Shown: piece after piece, positions 1 to 9,477 of the stretch
Layout of the letters: each line of letters opens with the position of its first letter
How positions within the stretch are numbered: the stretch's first letter is position 1
DNA from: Paramicrosporidium saccamoebae KSL3
Taxonomy: Eukaryota; Fungi; Cryptomycota
DNA: 32,000 bases
Direction of reading: 5' to 3'
Assembly: GCA_002794465.1 (NCBI GenBank)
Contig: MTSL01000135.1
Coordinates: 1 to 32,000 of the forward strand
Made by a program: the position numbers and the translations under genes
Notes under the pieces: generated by a model
What the model was told of the DNA's origin: nothing
What the model saw: the letters and a program-made list of their open reading frames with translations, nothing else
Database searches by the model: none

Positions 1-70
1 CCATAACCATAACCATAACCATAACCATAACACTATCCTATAACCATAACACTATCTCATAACCATAACA
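1..70. repeat. (CCATAA)n hexamer array decaying into CACTAT/CTCATAA variants; telomere-like
   Basis: Five perfect CCATAA units at 1-30, then degenerate units to about 70. The C-rich strand is at the 5' end of the window. Confidence 0.75.
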
Positions 71-241
71 CTTAGGAATATTTAGATCACTCTCGGCCAA
101 TTAATCACATTTTGACTCGGTAGCTCGCAATGATTGGTTAGTTGCATGCATTTTCTGCGCGTGATGATTGGCTGGCCAGAGGTGTGAACATTGTACGAAC
201 CAAAGGGAGCGGCTCCCCGTCAGCCATTCAGTGTACACACG

Positions 242-1117
242 ATGCGGGTCGTTTCAAACCCTCCAGGCCGCATAATCTTTCTGGCCTTGGTGCTGGTGAC
301 GCTGCTGCTAATGGGTCTGTTGGGCGTTGGGATAGTGTATGTGGACGAACAACACCGGTGGCTGCCGATTACGGTAGCGTTGTTCGGTGCCGTGGCATTT
401 GGACTGCTTATCTTTGTGACCTTTTCGGGAACAGTGTACTGTCTACGGATATTTAATATTGTTATTCTACTGCTCATTGGACTTGCAACAGCAGCGGTGG
501 ACGGAGTGTTATTTGGCACGGTGGAGGAGGCACCAAAGGTGCTGATTTTGGCCGTCAGCGGTCTGGCTGTGTATCTACTGGGGATGGCGGCGCTGTTAGT
601 GCCGGACGCCCATTCGGATTTAGCGCACCGGATGCATCCGTTCGTTGCAGAAGCAAACCTGGGCGACATTAAGCCGTCGACAGTCAAGACGTCAAAACAT
701 GGGCGAAAACGCATTAAACACCGCGAAGTATCCATTTTTGAGGATTGGCCGGCACCAGTGCCGTTCCCCGCCAAGGCGCTCTACTCGTATCGGACGGCCA
801 GCGGTAGCGAGCTGCCCTTTTCACGGGGCGACGAGCTGATTATTCTGGACTGTCGGGGGAATTGGTGGCAGGCACGGAACCCAAAAACCAATATGACAGG
901 ATTTGTGCCATCAAACTATATCCAGGTGGCACAAAAGGCCAAGGTGTGCAAGTCATTTGACGCCAAGGATCCCGACGAAGTGCCGGTGTTGGAGGGCCAG
1001 CTGATTGAGGTGATGGAGGTGCATGACCTCATGTCGTTGGTGCGTACCGTTGACGGTAAAATTGGCTCAGTTCCCACCGAAAATATTGAAGTACATCCCC
1101 CCAATACTGTTCTATAG
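242..1117 (+). CDS. Sho1-like four-TM protein with two C-terminal SH3 domains (291 aa)
   Basis: Four hydrophobic segments, then a canonical SH3 (ALYSY..ELPFSRGD..NWWQA..GFVPSNY) and a second, degenerate SH3 (KSFDAKDPDEV..GSVPTENI). First in-frame ATG is 242; the ORF track starts at TTG 191. Confidence 0.75.
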   Translation: MRVVSNPPGRIIFLALVLVTLLLMGLLGVGIVYVDEQHRWLPITVALFGAVAFGLLIFVTFSGTVYCLRIFNIVILLLIGLATAAVDGVLFGTVEEAPKVLILAVSGLAVYLLGMAALLVPDAHSDLAHRMHPFVAEANLGDIKPSTVKTSKHGRKRIKHREVSIFEDWPAPVPFPAKALYSYRTASGSELPFSRGDELIILDCRGNWWQARNPKTNMTGFVPSNYIQVAQKAKVCKSFDAKDPDEVPVLEGQLIEVMEVHDLMSLVRTVDGKIGSVPTENIEVHPPNTVL

Positions 1118-1342
1118 ACAATAAAGATATCTTATTGAATGTTGGTGATTCTCTAGTGCGATGCTGGGAGAAGCAACCAAGTGTATAAATAATGCTACTG
1201 GGAACCCGAAAGTCTGTACATGTATTGATTATCAACTCCAGATAAATAACCCGACGCAGCAACGGCGACTAAATTCCATGCATTAATCCAACGCATGGAT
1301 AATGACCCATCTAATGCACTAATCCAACGCATTAACCAATGG

Positions 1343-1998
1343 TTAGGAATTCTTCATCAAATGCTCTAATGCCTCTTCCATGTTATTTTTGTAGAGCAGG
1401 AGCGCAGTGCTAATTTGGTCTTCAGGAAAGCCAAATTCGTTTAGGGAAATGAATGCGGTCAGATATTTGACGGCACCCTCCACTTCACCCTCAAAGAGGA
1501 AAAAGGCCCGAAGCACATCCATATCGGTGGGCTGAATCTCCCGTGTTGCCAGATAAAGCCTCGAAAAAGCCGCCCGGCGTTCGGCCGTGTCGTCAGGCAG
1601 ATAGAGGAGACTCAATTCCTTGCCCTTTTCCGTGTCAGACAGACTGGCATCGGGTAGTTGGTTGAGAGAGACGTTGCGGATACTTTCAGTGATACGCGAA
1701 ATATCAGCCTTGGAGGGATTGCGATTCTTGACAGCAGTTGTCTTGGGGGATTCGGACACCTTGGAAGCGTTGGACAACTTGGAAGGTTCGGGCGACTTGA
1801 GGCCAGTCTGATATTGTTTTAGGGTCCTCCTCTCCAGCTTGTCATCGTAACTAAACTAACAGTCAGAATTGGGAAGCGTACAATTTCATCAGGCGAGCGA
1901 AGGGAGCGTTTAGGGGTGGTGCGGGCGAAGCGACGAGGATCAATGGTCAGGGTGACGGGCACATCCTGCACGGCTGCATACTCAAAGGGAAAAGACAT
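1343..1998 (-). CDS. UBAP1: UBAP1-like ESCRT-I subunit (UMA + SOUBA), 209 aa, intron 1856-1881
   Basis: A 26-nt GTACGC..CTGAC..TAG intron joins exon 1 (AVQDVPV) to FSYDDKLERR (UMA-like). The C-terminal FGFPEDQISTALLLYKNNMEEALEHLM matches the UBAP1 terminal UBA pattern. Confidence 0.7.
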
Positions 1999-2032
1999 GG
2001 GAGGAACAGTTACGAGAAATAATTTTCCTTTC

Positions 2033-4610
2033 ATGGGGACAATTGACGGCGTCGGTTCGGGACAGAGTTCTCCCCGCAGCGGCACCAGCGGGGGCTCACA
2101 TCCAACGTCGCCCGTGTCGGTGGGTCACACGCCCTCGGGACATTGTACGGCGATGGTGTGTGCGCGTGACTCTAGATTTCGCGGTGCCCCGCACCCGCGG
2201 CTTCTTTGAGTATATGATGCAAGGCCGAGTGGGGATAATCGAGATGATTACGGCTACTTCTTGTACGCTTGCAATGGCTCTGCTTTGGACGGGAAGGATG
2301 CCCCGAATCTGCTTCTTACTGTGGTTTCTGGTATGGAGACTCGCCTACAATGTGGGATTGGGGTTTGTGTTGCGATGGCAAAGTGAGGATGAATGGTTTA
2401 CCGATCTGATGCGTCGTCTATTCCGCATGAAACACCCGTTAATGGAACAATGGGCGAAGCCAGCAATCCGTGTCAAAATGGACCGCGATTATTCGTTCCA
2501 TAGTATGCCTGTGGAATACAATGCATGGCTTGCATTCCGGCTATTGGTTGATCTGATCCTCTTTCATGATGGATTGTGTTATTTTATCTTTGCGATGGCA
2601 TACAACGAATCGACATTGACGGGATGGATGGATTATGTACGGGTGGCAATGGGAATGGCGCTGATTGTGTTCAATGTGTGGGTCAAGTCGGATGCCCATC
2701 GAGTGGTCAAGGACTACGCCTGGTATTGGGGCGACTTTTTCTTCCAATTGGACGGTGCATTGACCTTTGATGGAGTGTTTGAATTGGCCCCACATCCCAT
2801 GTACAGTCTGGGCTATGTGGGGTATTATGGAGTCAGTCTGCTGTGTGCCAGTTATCCTGTGTTCTTTGTCAGTCTGGCCGCCCATTTCCTGCAACTCGCC
2901 TTTCTTTCCATCGTGGAGACTCCTCACATGGACAAGATCTACGGTCCCTCTCCTTCGGCCCCTACTACTGGCACTGATATGTTGCTTTTCTGGCGATTTG
3001 ACATACATCGGGCTACTGATGTCATGACAGTTCTCTTTGTGCTCTCCACCATCCTTGTCCATGCTATTGGCGTGCTTCCCACCTGGCTGGTTCTCCTCGA
3101 GGGAGTTCTATGGCGTCTGGTGTATTCAGGAATCGTGGGATTGGTATTGTGGCACGAAGATACGCAGCGTAGCTGGACTCGTCACTTTATCCGCTGGGGA
3201 TACACTCCCCTCGACGCCTTTACCAACTGGAAAGCGTAACATCTCAGTGGTGCTAATGTATGCAGGTTGTACAATTTTGCTCTGTCTATGAACCATTTGT
3301 TGTTCTTTATCGCTGCAATGCATCTGTATCGGATTCCCGAGGGATGGGTCTTATCTGCCCATATCCTGCGCCATGTGCTGGGTGGACTAATGGTAGCACT
3401 GCATTGTTGGACGAGTTGGTCTACTTATATCGTGTTGGGTGAGTTTGGTTGGTTCTATGGCGACTTTTTCCCTATAGTCGCCACCCCCCATCTGTCCTAC
3501 ACGGGCATTTATCGCTATCTCAACGACCCCGAAAAGATTGTGGGTCAGGCAGCCTATTTTGGCCTGGCCTTGATTGCCTACTCTCCCCACGTGCTGGCCC
3601 TGGCGTTGCTGGCCTTTGCAACAAACACACTCTTTCTGGAATATGTAGAGGGTCCGCACATGCGTCGGGTGTATGGTTGCCAGGTGCGGGACGAATCGGG
3701 TGTGTCAAAGAATGTAAAACGGGTTCCTGGTGTCGTTTTTGTGGAACAAATTGGTCAATGGATGCTCAATATCTTTCAAAGGATAGAGCGACACGTCTAT
3801 TTGCGTCTCGAAAAGATTGTGCGACGTCAAGCTCAGCCATGTCATGCGGTAGGAGGGATCAGACTACAGAAAACACTTTTAAAGATGACCGAAGCAATCC
3901 CATTCGTGCTTGATTCTCCCAGCAAAGGAAGCCACATTTGTGTTTTGAAAGACGGCATGGTTATTGCTCAAATTAGCAGTGTCATGGGTAGTGGTGGTGT
4001 GTATAGTGGCGTGAATAATAGTGCAAAGAGTGATTTGAGGAAAAGTGAAAAGAATGGCGTTAGGAATGACTTGAAGGACAGTGTCACAGGTGATAGAAAT
4101 CTAAAGAATAACACTCTGACGAATAACAGATTGAAAAAGAGCAATTCGGCAGTGAATATTGCTTTGATGAGGGATGCATCTTTCGTGAGCAATAATTCTT
4201 CGGCAGATAGCATTTCCTCACTTGGTTCTTCAATTGGGTCTGTACTTGATTCCTCGCTTGATTCTTTATCTAGCTCCTCGCTTATTTCTCCACTCTCAGT
4301 GCCATGGATGACAGGCACCTTTCAATTGTCCACTACAGATTGCATCTCTGAACCATTTACAATCACCTTGCCTGAATACAATCCCGCAGTATTGGAACAG
4401 ATGAACGATTTGTTGCAGTCTGTGTCCCTGACTCTGGATGAACTAACCAATCTTGCCGCTGACCATCCCGTTTTTGAACGCCTAGCTGAAGCTATCGATT
4501 CTCTCTATGATGTGAATCTGGCACCTATGACAATATTTCGACTCTGCAGCGACCCCACCCGATTACAGGCTCACATAGCTACTGCGCGCGATATATTTGC
4601 CAATGTATAA
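2033..4610 (+). CDS. CHO2: Phosphatidylethanolamine N-methyltransferase (838 aa), introns 2145-2175 and 3236-3265
   Basis: Motifs EYNAWLAFR, KSDAHRVVKDYAWYWGDFFF and FDGVFELAPHPMYSLGY, plus a second PEMT repeat (GEFGWFYGDFF..YRYLNDPEK). Both GT-AG introns restore the frame (VGHTPSGHYFAVP; WKALYN). Confidence 0.92.
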
Positions 4611-4901
4611 TATCATCCTTGTACATGTAATATTGTGTATTTAGCCCGCGCAGGTATTGGAGAGTATTTTGTTATTAAAGGCGTCTTTGTGGATTGTAAG
4701 ATGCTATCAGGGCTGGGAATACTAAAAATAAGCGGGTACTGCTTAATAGCGACATTTAGAGGCTTGATATAGGGCTTTTATAGTCCCTAAAGCTTTGATC
4801 CATGGATATGGTATGAGATACACTCTCACAATCACCGAGACCAACCTTATTGTTATAAATTGCATTAGTTTTATCACATAGTGTTTTATCGCGTAATTGA
4901 T

Positions 4902-6110
4902 ATGCGGAATTTGACGCTGTTGCGTCGATTGGCTACGGGAACGAGTAAATCCGCCTTTGAGTGGAGCCATGAAGTGAAAACAGCCAAACCGCTCATAGAC
5001 ACTGTCGGAGCGGCAGTGGGTGCCAAGGGAAAGGACCGCGTCTCCTTTAATTTCCATGCCGAGTTCAAGACGCATCGCTGTGACGGTCCGCCCGCCTCCA
5101 CAACGGCGGGACGGGCAGAGCTGTTGCGGTATTATGAGGAAATGTGGATGGTGAGACGGATGGAACTGGCAGCTGACGCCTTGTACAAGGCCAAAATGGT
5201 GCGCGGCTTTTGTCATTTAGCGATTGGTCAGGAAGCCATTTCCATAGGACTTGAAGCAGCCCTCACTGCAGATGATGCAGTCATTACAGCCTATAGATGT
5301 CACGGAGTTACACATATCCGTGGGGCGACAGTACGAGCAGTGCTGGCGGAATTGCTGGGACGAGAGACGGGCACCTCGATGGGAAAGGGCGGATCCATGC
5401 ACATGTATGCCAAAGAGTTTTATGGCGGAAATGGGATTGTGGGAGCTCAAGTGCCGTTGGGAGTGGGCGTGGCATTTGCCCAGAAATACCGCGAACAGCC
5501 CCGGGTCACCTTTGCATTGTATGGCGACGGGGCAGCCAATCAGGGACAGATTTATGAAGTGTTCAACATAGCCGCCCTACTTAAATTGCCAGTGGTATTT
5601 GTATGTGAAAACAATTTCTATGCCATGGGCACCAGTGTGGAGCGATCAGCAGCCTCCACGACCTTTTTCACTCGTGGTGATTACATTCCAGGAGTCCAGG
5701 TGAACGGGATGGATGTACTTGCAGTGCGAGAGGCAGCCCGATATGCTAAACAATGGTGTCTGGACGGAAAGGGACCAATTATCCTGGAAATGGTCACTTA
5801 TCGGTACCACGGCCATTCCATGTCAGATCCAGGCACCACATATCGTCCCCGCGAGGAAATCCAAAATGCTCGTCAGAACCGCGACTCGATTCGTCTATTG
5901 CAACGTCAAATTATTGAGGCGGGCTTTGCCACTGAGGATGAATTAAAGGCTATTGAGGGCAAAGTGAAGGAAAAGGTTGATAGTGAGACAGAATTGGCCA
6001 AGAATGATCCAGAGCCCTCCCTCGAAACCTTTTTCGAGCATGTATACGTCAAAGGTACTGAGGTGCCATCATTGCGGGGTTGTGAAGTTGAAAGTACGCA
6101 TACTTTTTAA
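4902..6110 (+). CDS. PDA1: Pyruvate dehydrogenase E1 alpha subunit, mitochondrial (402 aa)
   Basis: RGFCHL, GKGGSMHM, TPP-binding YGDGAANQGQ..ENN and YRYHGHSMSDPG. Arg-rich presequence from ATG 4902. Confidence 0.97.
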   Translation: MRNLTLLRRLATGTSKSAFEWSHEVKTAKPLIDTVGAAVGAKGKDRVSFNFHAEFKTHRCDGPPASTTAGRAELLRYYEEMWMVRRMELAADALYKAKMVRGFCHLAIGQEAISIGLEAALTADDAVITAYRCHGVTHIRGATVRAVLAELLGRETGTSMGKGGSMHMYAKEFYGGNGIVGAQVPLGVGVAFAQKYREQPRVTFALYGDGAANQGQIYEVFNIAALLKLPVVFVCENNFYAMGTSVERSAASTTFFTRGDYIPGVQVNGMDVLAVREAARYAKQWCLDGKGPIILEMVTYRYHGHSMSDPGTTYRPREEIQNARQNRDSIRLLQRQIIEAGFATEDELKAIEGKVKEKVDSETELAKNDPEPSLETFFEHVYVKGTEVPSLRGCEVESTHTF

Positions 6111-6252
6111 TAAATGTAACTATCGCCACGCGGGAGGAATGGATACAAGTAACACCATATGTGTGCAGATGTGTGTAGACGGCTGTGAATGGGTGTGGAT
6201 GGAATTTCCATTGTCCATTGTTCATCGCTAGCGCTACCAATCAGTATTATAC

Positions 6253-6285
6253 TGTGACGTAGAAGACTGATTAGTTGGGTATTTG
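6253..6285. repeat. Dispersed short element, copy 1 (copy 2 at 25644-25682)
   Basis: TGTGACGTAGA and TGATTAGTTGGGTATTTG blocks are identical in both copies. Confidence 0.7.
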
Positions 6286-6524
6286 AGAATGGCTCCCTAG
6301 TTCGGAGAATCAAAACAATCGATAAAGGATAATGAGGTCTTTACCATTTGGGGGTTATGTTATTTGTGACTATAAACGGGTCGTTGAATTGACTGCATAA
6401 ATTCTCTTCTCTTCTCGTCCCATCTTGTCTCTTCCCGCCTGACAGGGTCTGTGGTATTATCCCCACTACGCGACAATACTGACCCAGTCTATAAATACAC
6501 TCATATGGCCATTTTATTCCACGC

Positions 6525-7733
6525 TTAATTTACGCTAAGCCAGTCATATCCTATCGTGTTGAAATCAATGCCCCGCCAGATTGGCAGACTTTCAAACCAT
6601 GCCAGCTGGCTTGGCGTGTTGAGCATTCGTAAAAGGGGATTGTAGTGCATTCCAAAGAACAGCAGCTGACGTAGGGGCTTGGAAAGCTTGTGGGGAACCT
6701 CGCCAAAGAGAAATCCATGGCGTTTGCTGATGCGTACGGGCGCCCATTTGTGGCCCCGTTTGGTGCGACTCGTGCTGGTTGGCATAACTGATGCACCGTA
6801 CAGCTGAAGGATGGTTGACACGAGCGCCCATGTGTCAATGTTCTCCTGGATGGGACCTGGCACGGCCTTGACCAACTCGAGCGCCACTGTGGGCGGAGTG
6901 CCGCGGTAGTACTTGAAATACGGCTTGGGAATGGAAAAGCCAAAATCAATGGCCACGGCGTTGCCGTCACGGTCAATCATCACATTCTCTGGCTTAAAGT
7001 CCGCATGAATGTAGCCCAGCCAATGAATGTACTTAAGCACGTCGTATAGTTGCGCACATAGCTTCTGCAACGCCGCTGGATTGTTGGCATTCTTCTTGGC
7101 ATAATCCATCGACTTTCCCCCCGCCACATACTCAATTAGCAGACCAGGTCGGCCTGTTTTGCCGTCACGTTGCACACACACTGCCCGCACAATGTTTGGG
7201 TGGTCAGTGGCGGTGAGGAGGGCCACCTCTGAAGTGTATTCATCGGTATTGGCATAGCATTTCCATGCAAATAGCTGTTTTCCCACCTGGTCATACATTT
7301 TCAATACAAGATTTCGGCTTCCCTTATTGATGGTGCCCACTTTGCGCAGCGACAATGACGTGGTTTTACACTCCACCGGAGACCAACGTAGCGGTACTGT
7401 GCGTGCCTGGAATGGAGCCTCGTTTGCCTCGTTTGTCAGTAACGCCTGCAGTGGGCGGAATTCCTGCGGTCCCGTCGGATAAGTGAGAAGTATATATTTG
7501 CGAACAAGTTGGGCTAATCGCTCGTCACCTGCCTTGATGGGCTCAAAATCTTTTGGAAAGGGGTCGTTCTCATGGTAACTCGTTTGTTGTCGCTGACTAC
7601 TGCGGTATCTTTGGCTACTGCGGTGTTTTTGGTTGCTGCGGTGTTTTTGGTCACCGTGTTGACTTTTGCGTCGTCCCGAGCGTCTTCCATAACATATCGC
7701 ACAGAACACTGCCAGCAGAAGGACCCACTTCAT
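6525..7733 (-). CDS. Signal-peptide-bearing Ser/Thr protein kinase (402 aa)
   Basis: N-terminal MKWVLLLAVFCAICYG. Kinase motifs FAWK, HPNIV, IHADFKPENVMI, DFG, GTPPTVALE and DTWAL. Confidence 0.85.
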   Translation of the reverse strand: MKWVLLLAVFCAICYGRRSGRRKSQHGDQKHRSNQKHRSSQRYRSSQRQQTSYHENDPFPKDFEPIKAGDERLAQLVRKYILLTYPTGPQEFRPLQALLTNEANEAPFQARTVPLRWSPVECKTTSLSLRKVGTINKGSRNLVLKMYDQVGKQLFAWKCYANTDEYTSEVALLTATDHPNIVRAVCVQRDGKTGRPGLLIEYVAGGKSMDYAKKNANNPAALQKLCAQLYDVLKYIHWLGYIHADFKPENVMIDRDGNAVAIDFGFSIPKPYFKYYRGTPPTVALELVKAVPGPIQENIDTWALVSTILQLYGASVMPTSTSRTKRGHKWAPVRISKRHGFLFGEVPHKLSKPLRQLLFFGMHYNPLLRMLNTPSQLAWFESLPIWRGIDFNTIGYDWLSVN

Positions 7734-7764
7734 AAACTCCGCTCAGCCTCTTATCCCATTGTTG

Positions 7765-8883
7765 CTACATAAAGTCTTTTAATATATATAAATCGGGAGT
7801 CCCATCATCTACCTTCCTAATCAGTAATAGCGGATTCGAAGGACACAAGCATGTAATGTCAGTGAGCTCTATGCGTTCCAGACACACCCCCTCCGTTGAG
7901 ATAATGTCAATGTAGTTTCTCTTCGGATGGAATGCCACCAGCATTCCTTCCCGCTCTTCCACTTGACATCCCCGTAGACCTTTCAGTTGTCCCGTGATAA
8001 TGCCCAAAACTGGATCGAATGATAGAGCCCTTCCATATTGGGCGTCAAATAGCATGAAATGATTCTTCCAGGTGATAATTTGGCTAATGGTGCGGTTGGA
8101 ATCGTCGAGCTCCAGCAGCGAGGTAACGTGTCCCCGAGGAAGCACAGTTAATAAGGGTGCTATCGGCGACTGGGTCCGTGGCTGGGCATGTAACTGCGAC
8201 TGTGACTGTGACCGTGACTGTGATCGGCGATTGAGCCATCCACCAACCGTGCTACTAAAAGCATTACTAAGGGCATTGCTTAGCAATCCAAGCGGGTCTA
8301 TCAATGCTTCTGAAATGGGCGGGAGGGTGAACACGCTCACCATGGGACTCGTCCCGCCGACTATTAATTTGACACGGTCAGCAGTGTCCTGTGGCTCTGG
8401 CCATCCATTCACCTCCTCTCTCAACACCGGCACTATGGAGCTTACTCGTCCAACTGGCAATTCATAATGGCAGCCAGAATCTCGCAAATGCTCCACCTCC
8501 CCGCCATGTAGTACGGCATCAATTCCATTCTCATAGAGAGTAATCAAACTGCATTCACCAACCAGTATTAGTAGCAGCGACGCCTCGCGTCCAATCCACC
8601 GGATGGGCGAGTCAGTAAGCACTATCTGCTGGATAACCTTCATGCGGGTTGTACAAAAGAGGAAAAGGATGCCTCGTGATGTGCCCACTAACACGATAGT
8701 GTCTGTCCATGGCAGAACGGCAGTAATACTCATGTGGAGGTTGGCACTCTTATTAGTGCCATCGGATTCCAGGATGGTCATGCCAGTGGCTGACACTAAA
8801 ATTAAGCTAGCTCCATTCCATATTGTCTGACTGATGGGCGGAATCCCATCCGGAATCGCATAGCCAGTCAGGGGAACCAGCAT
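7765..8883 (-). CDS. Beta-propeller protein resembling the RAB3GAP2 N-terminal domain (372 aa)
   Basis: GQLKGLRGCQ and LVAFHPKRNYIDI resemble remembered RAB3GAP2 motifs (WKGYRDAQ; LVIYAPRRGILEVW). Pattern of short beta strands. Confidence 0.5.
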   Translation of the reverse strand: MLVPLTGYAIPDGIPPISQTIWNGASLILVSATGMTILESDGTNKSANLHMSITAVLPWTDTIVLVGTSRGILFLFCTTRMKVIQQIVLTDSPIRWIGREASLLLILVGECSLITLYENGIDAVLHGGEVEHLRDSGCHYELPVGRVSSIVPVLREEVNGWPEPQDTADRVKLIVGGTSPMVSVFTLPPISEALIDPLGLLSNALSNAFSSTVGGWLNRRSQSRSQSQSQLHAQPRTQSPIAPLLTVLPRGHVTSLLELDDSNRTISQIITWKNHFMLFDAQYGRALSFDPVLGIITGQLKGLRGCQVEEREGMLVAFHPKRNYIDIISTEGVCLERIELTDITCLCPSNPLLLIRKVDDGTPDLYILKDFM

Positions 8884-8947
8884 TTAATGCAAATTGATTT
8901 CTTACAAGTATTTGAGGGCTGTTTATTCCATTGACCAATCAGTCGAC

Positions 8948-9256
8948 ATGAAGCTCGTCCATCCGATGGTCACACTATTCGCCCTGACGATGGTGGGATT
9001 CCTTCATGGACACGCAACACCCTACTATTATGTTCCCAGCAGCGAGATTAGGGATCAGCGCTATAAAAACATGAAGCCTCCCAAGCAGCCGGCACTTGAA
9101 GTAGAGGATGACGGAGCGGTGCGTGTGTCAAAGGACGACTCCAACGTCTTTGGAGACCGGGATGACTTGGATGATCTGGACAATCTAGATGCAGACGAGG
9201 ACAAGGCTTGGTGGGAGGACACGATGGAAGATCTCGGGCTATCCCCAGATTTGTAA
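8948..9256 (+). CDS. Small secreted acidic protein, unknown (102 aa)
   Basis: ATG 8948, hydrophobic leader MKLVHPMVTLFALTMVGFLHG, Asp-rich C-terminal half. CCAATC ends 7 nt upstream. Confidence 0.65.
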   Translation: MKLVHPMVTLFALTMVGFLHGHATPYYYVPSSEIRDQRYKNMKPPKQPALEVEDDGAVRVSKDDSNVFGDRDDLDDLDNLDADEDKAWWEDTMEDLGLSPDL

Positions 9257-9477
9257 GTCACTCGATTCCAGCATTTTCCGTAGGTGCATCAGTTCACGAA
9301 TTAATCTCTACTTTCCAAGGAGAGGGTGCTCGTTAGTTACCGTCTCACTGTATTAATACAATCACCTTTAGTTATAAAACTGTCAGGATTACAGACCGGC
9401 GTGATAAACAAACCGGTTGATTGGTCCGTGTCTCCACCTAATAATAGAGTGTCTGTGATCGAATCTAACCAAAGGCA

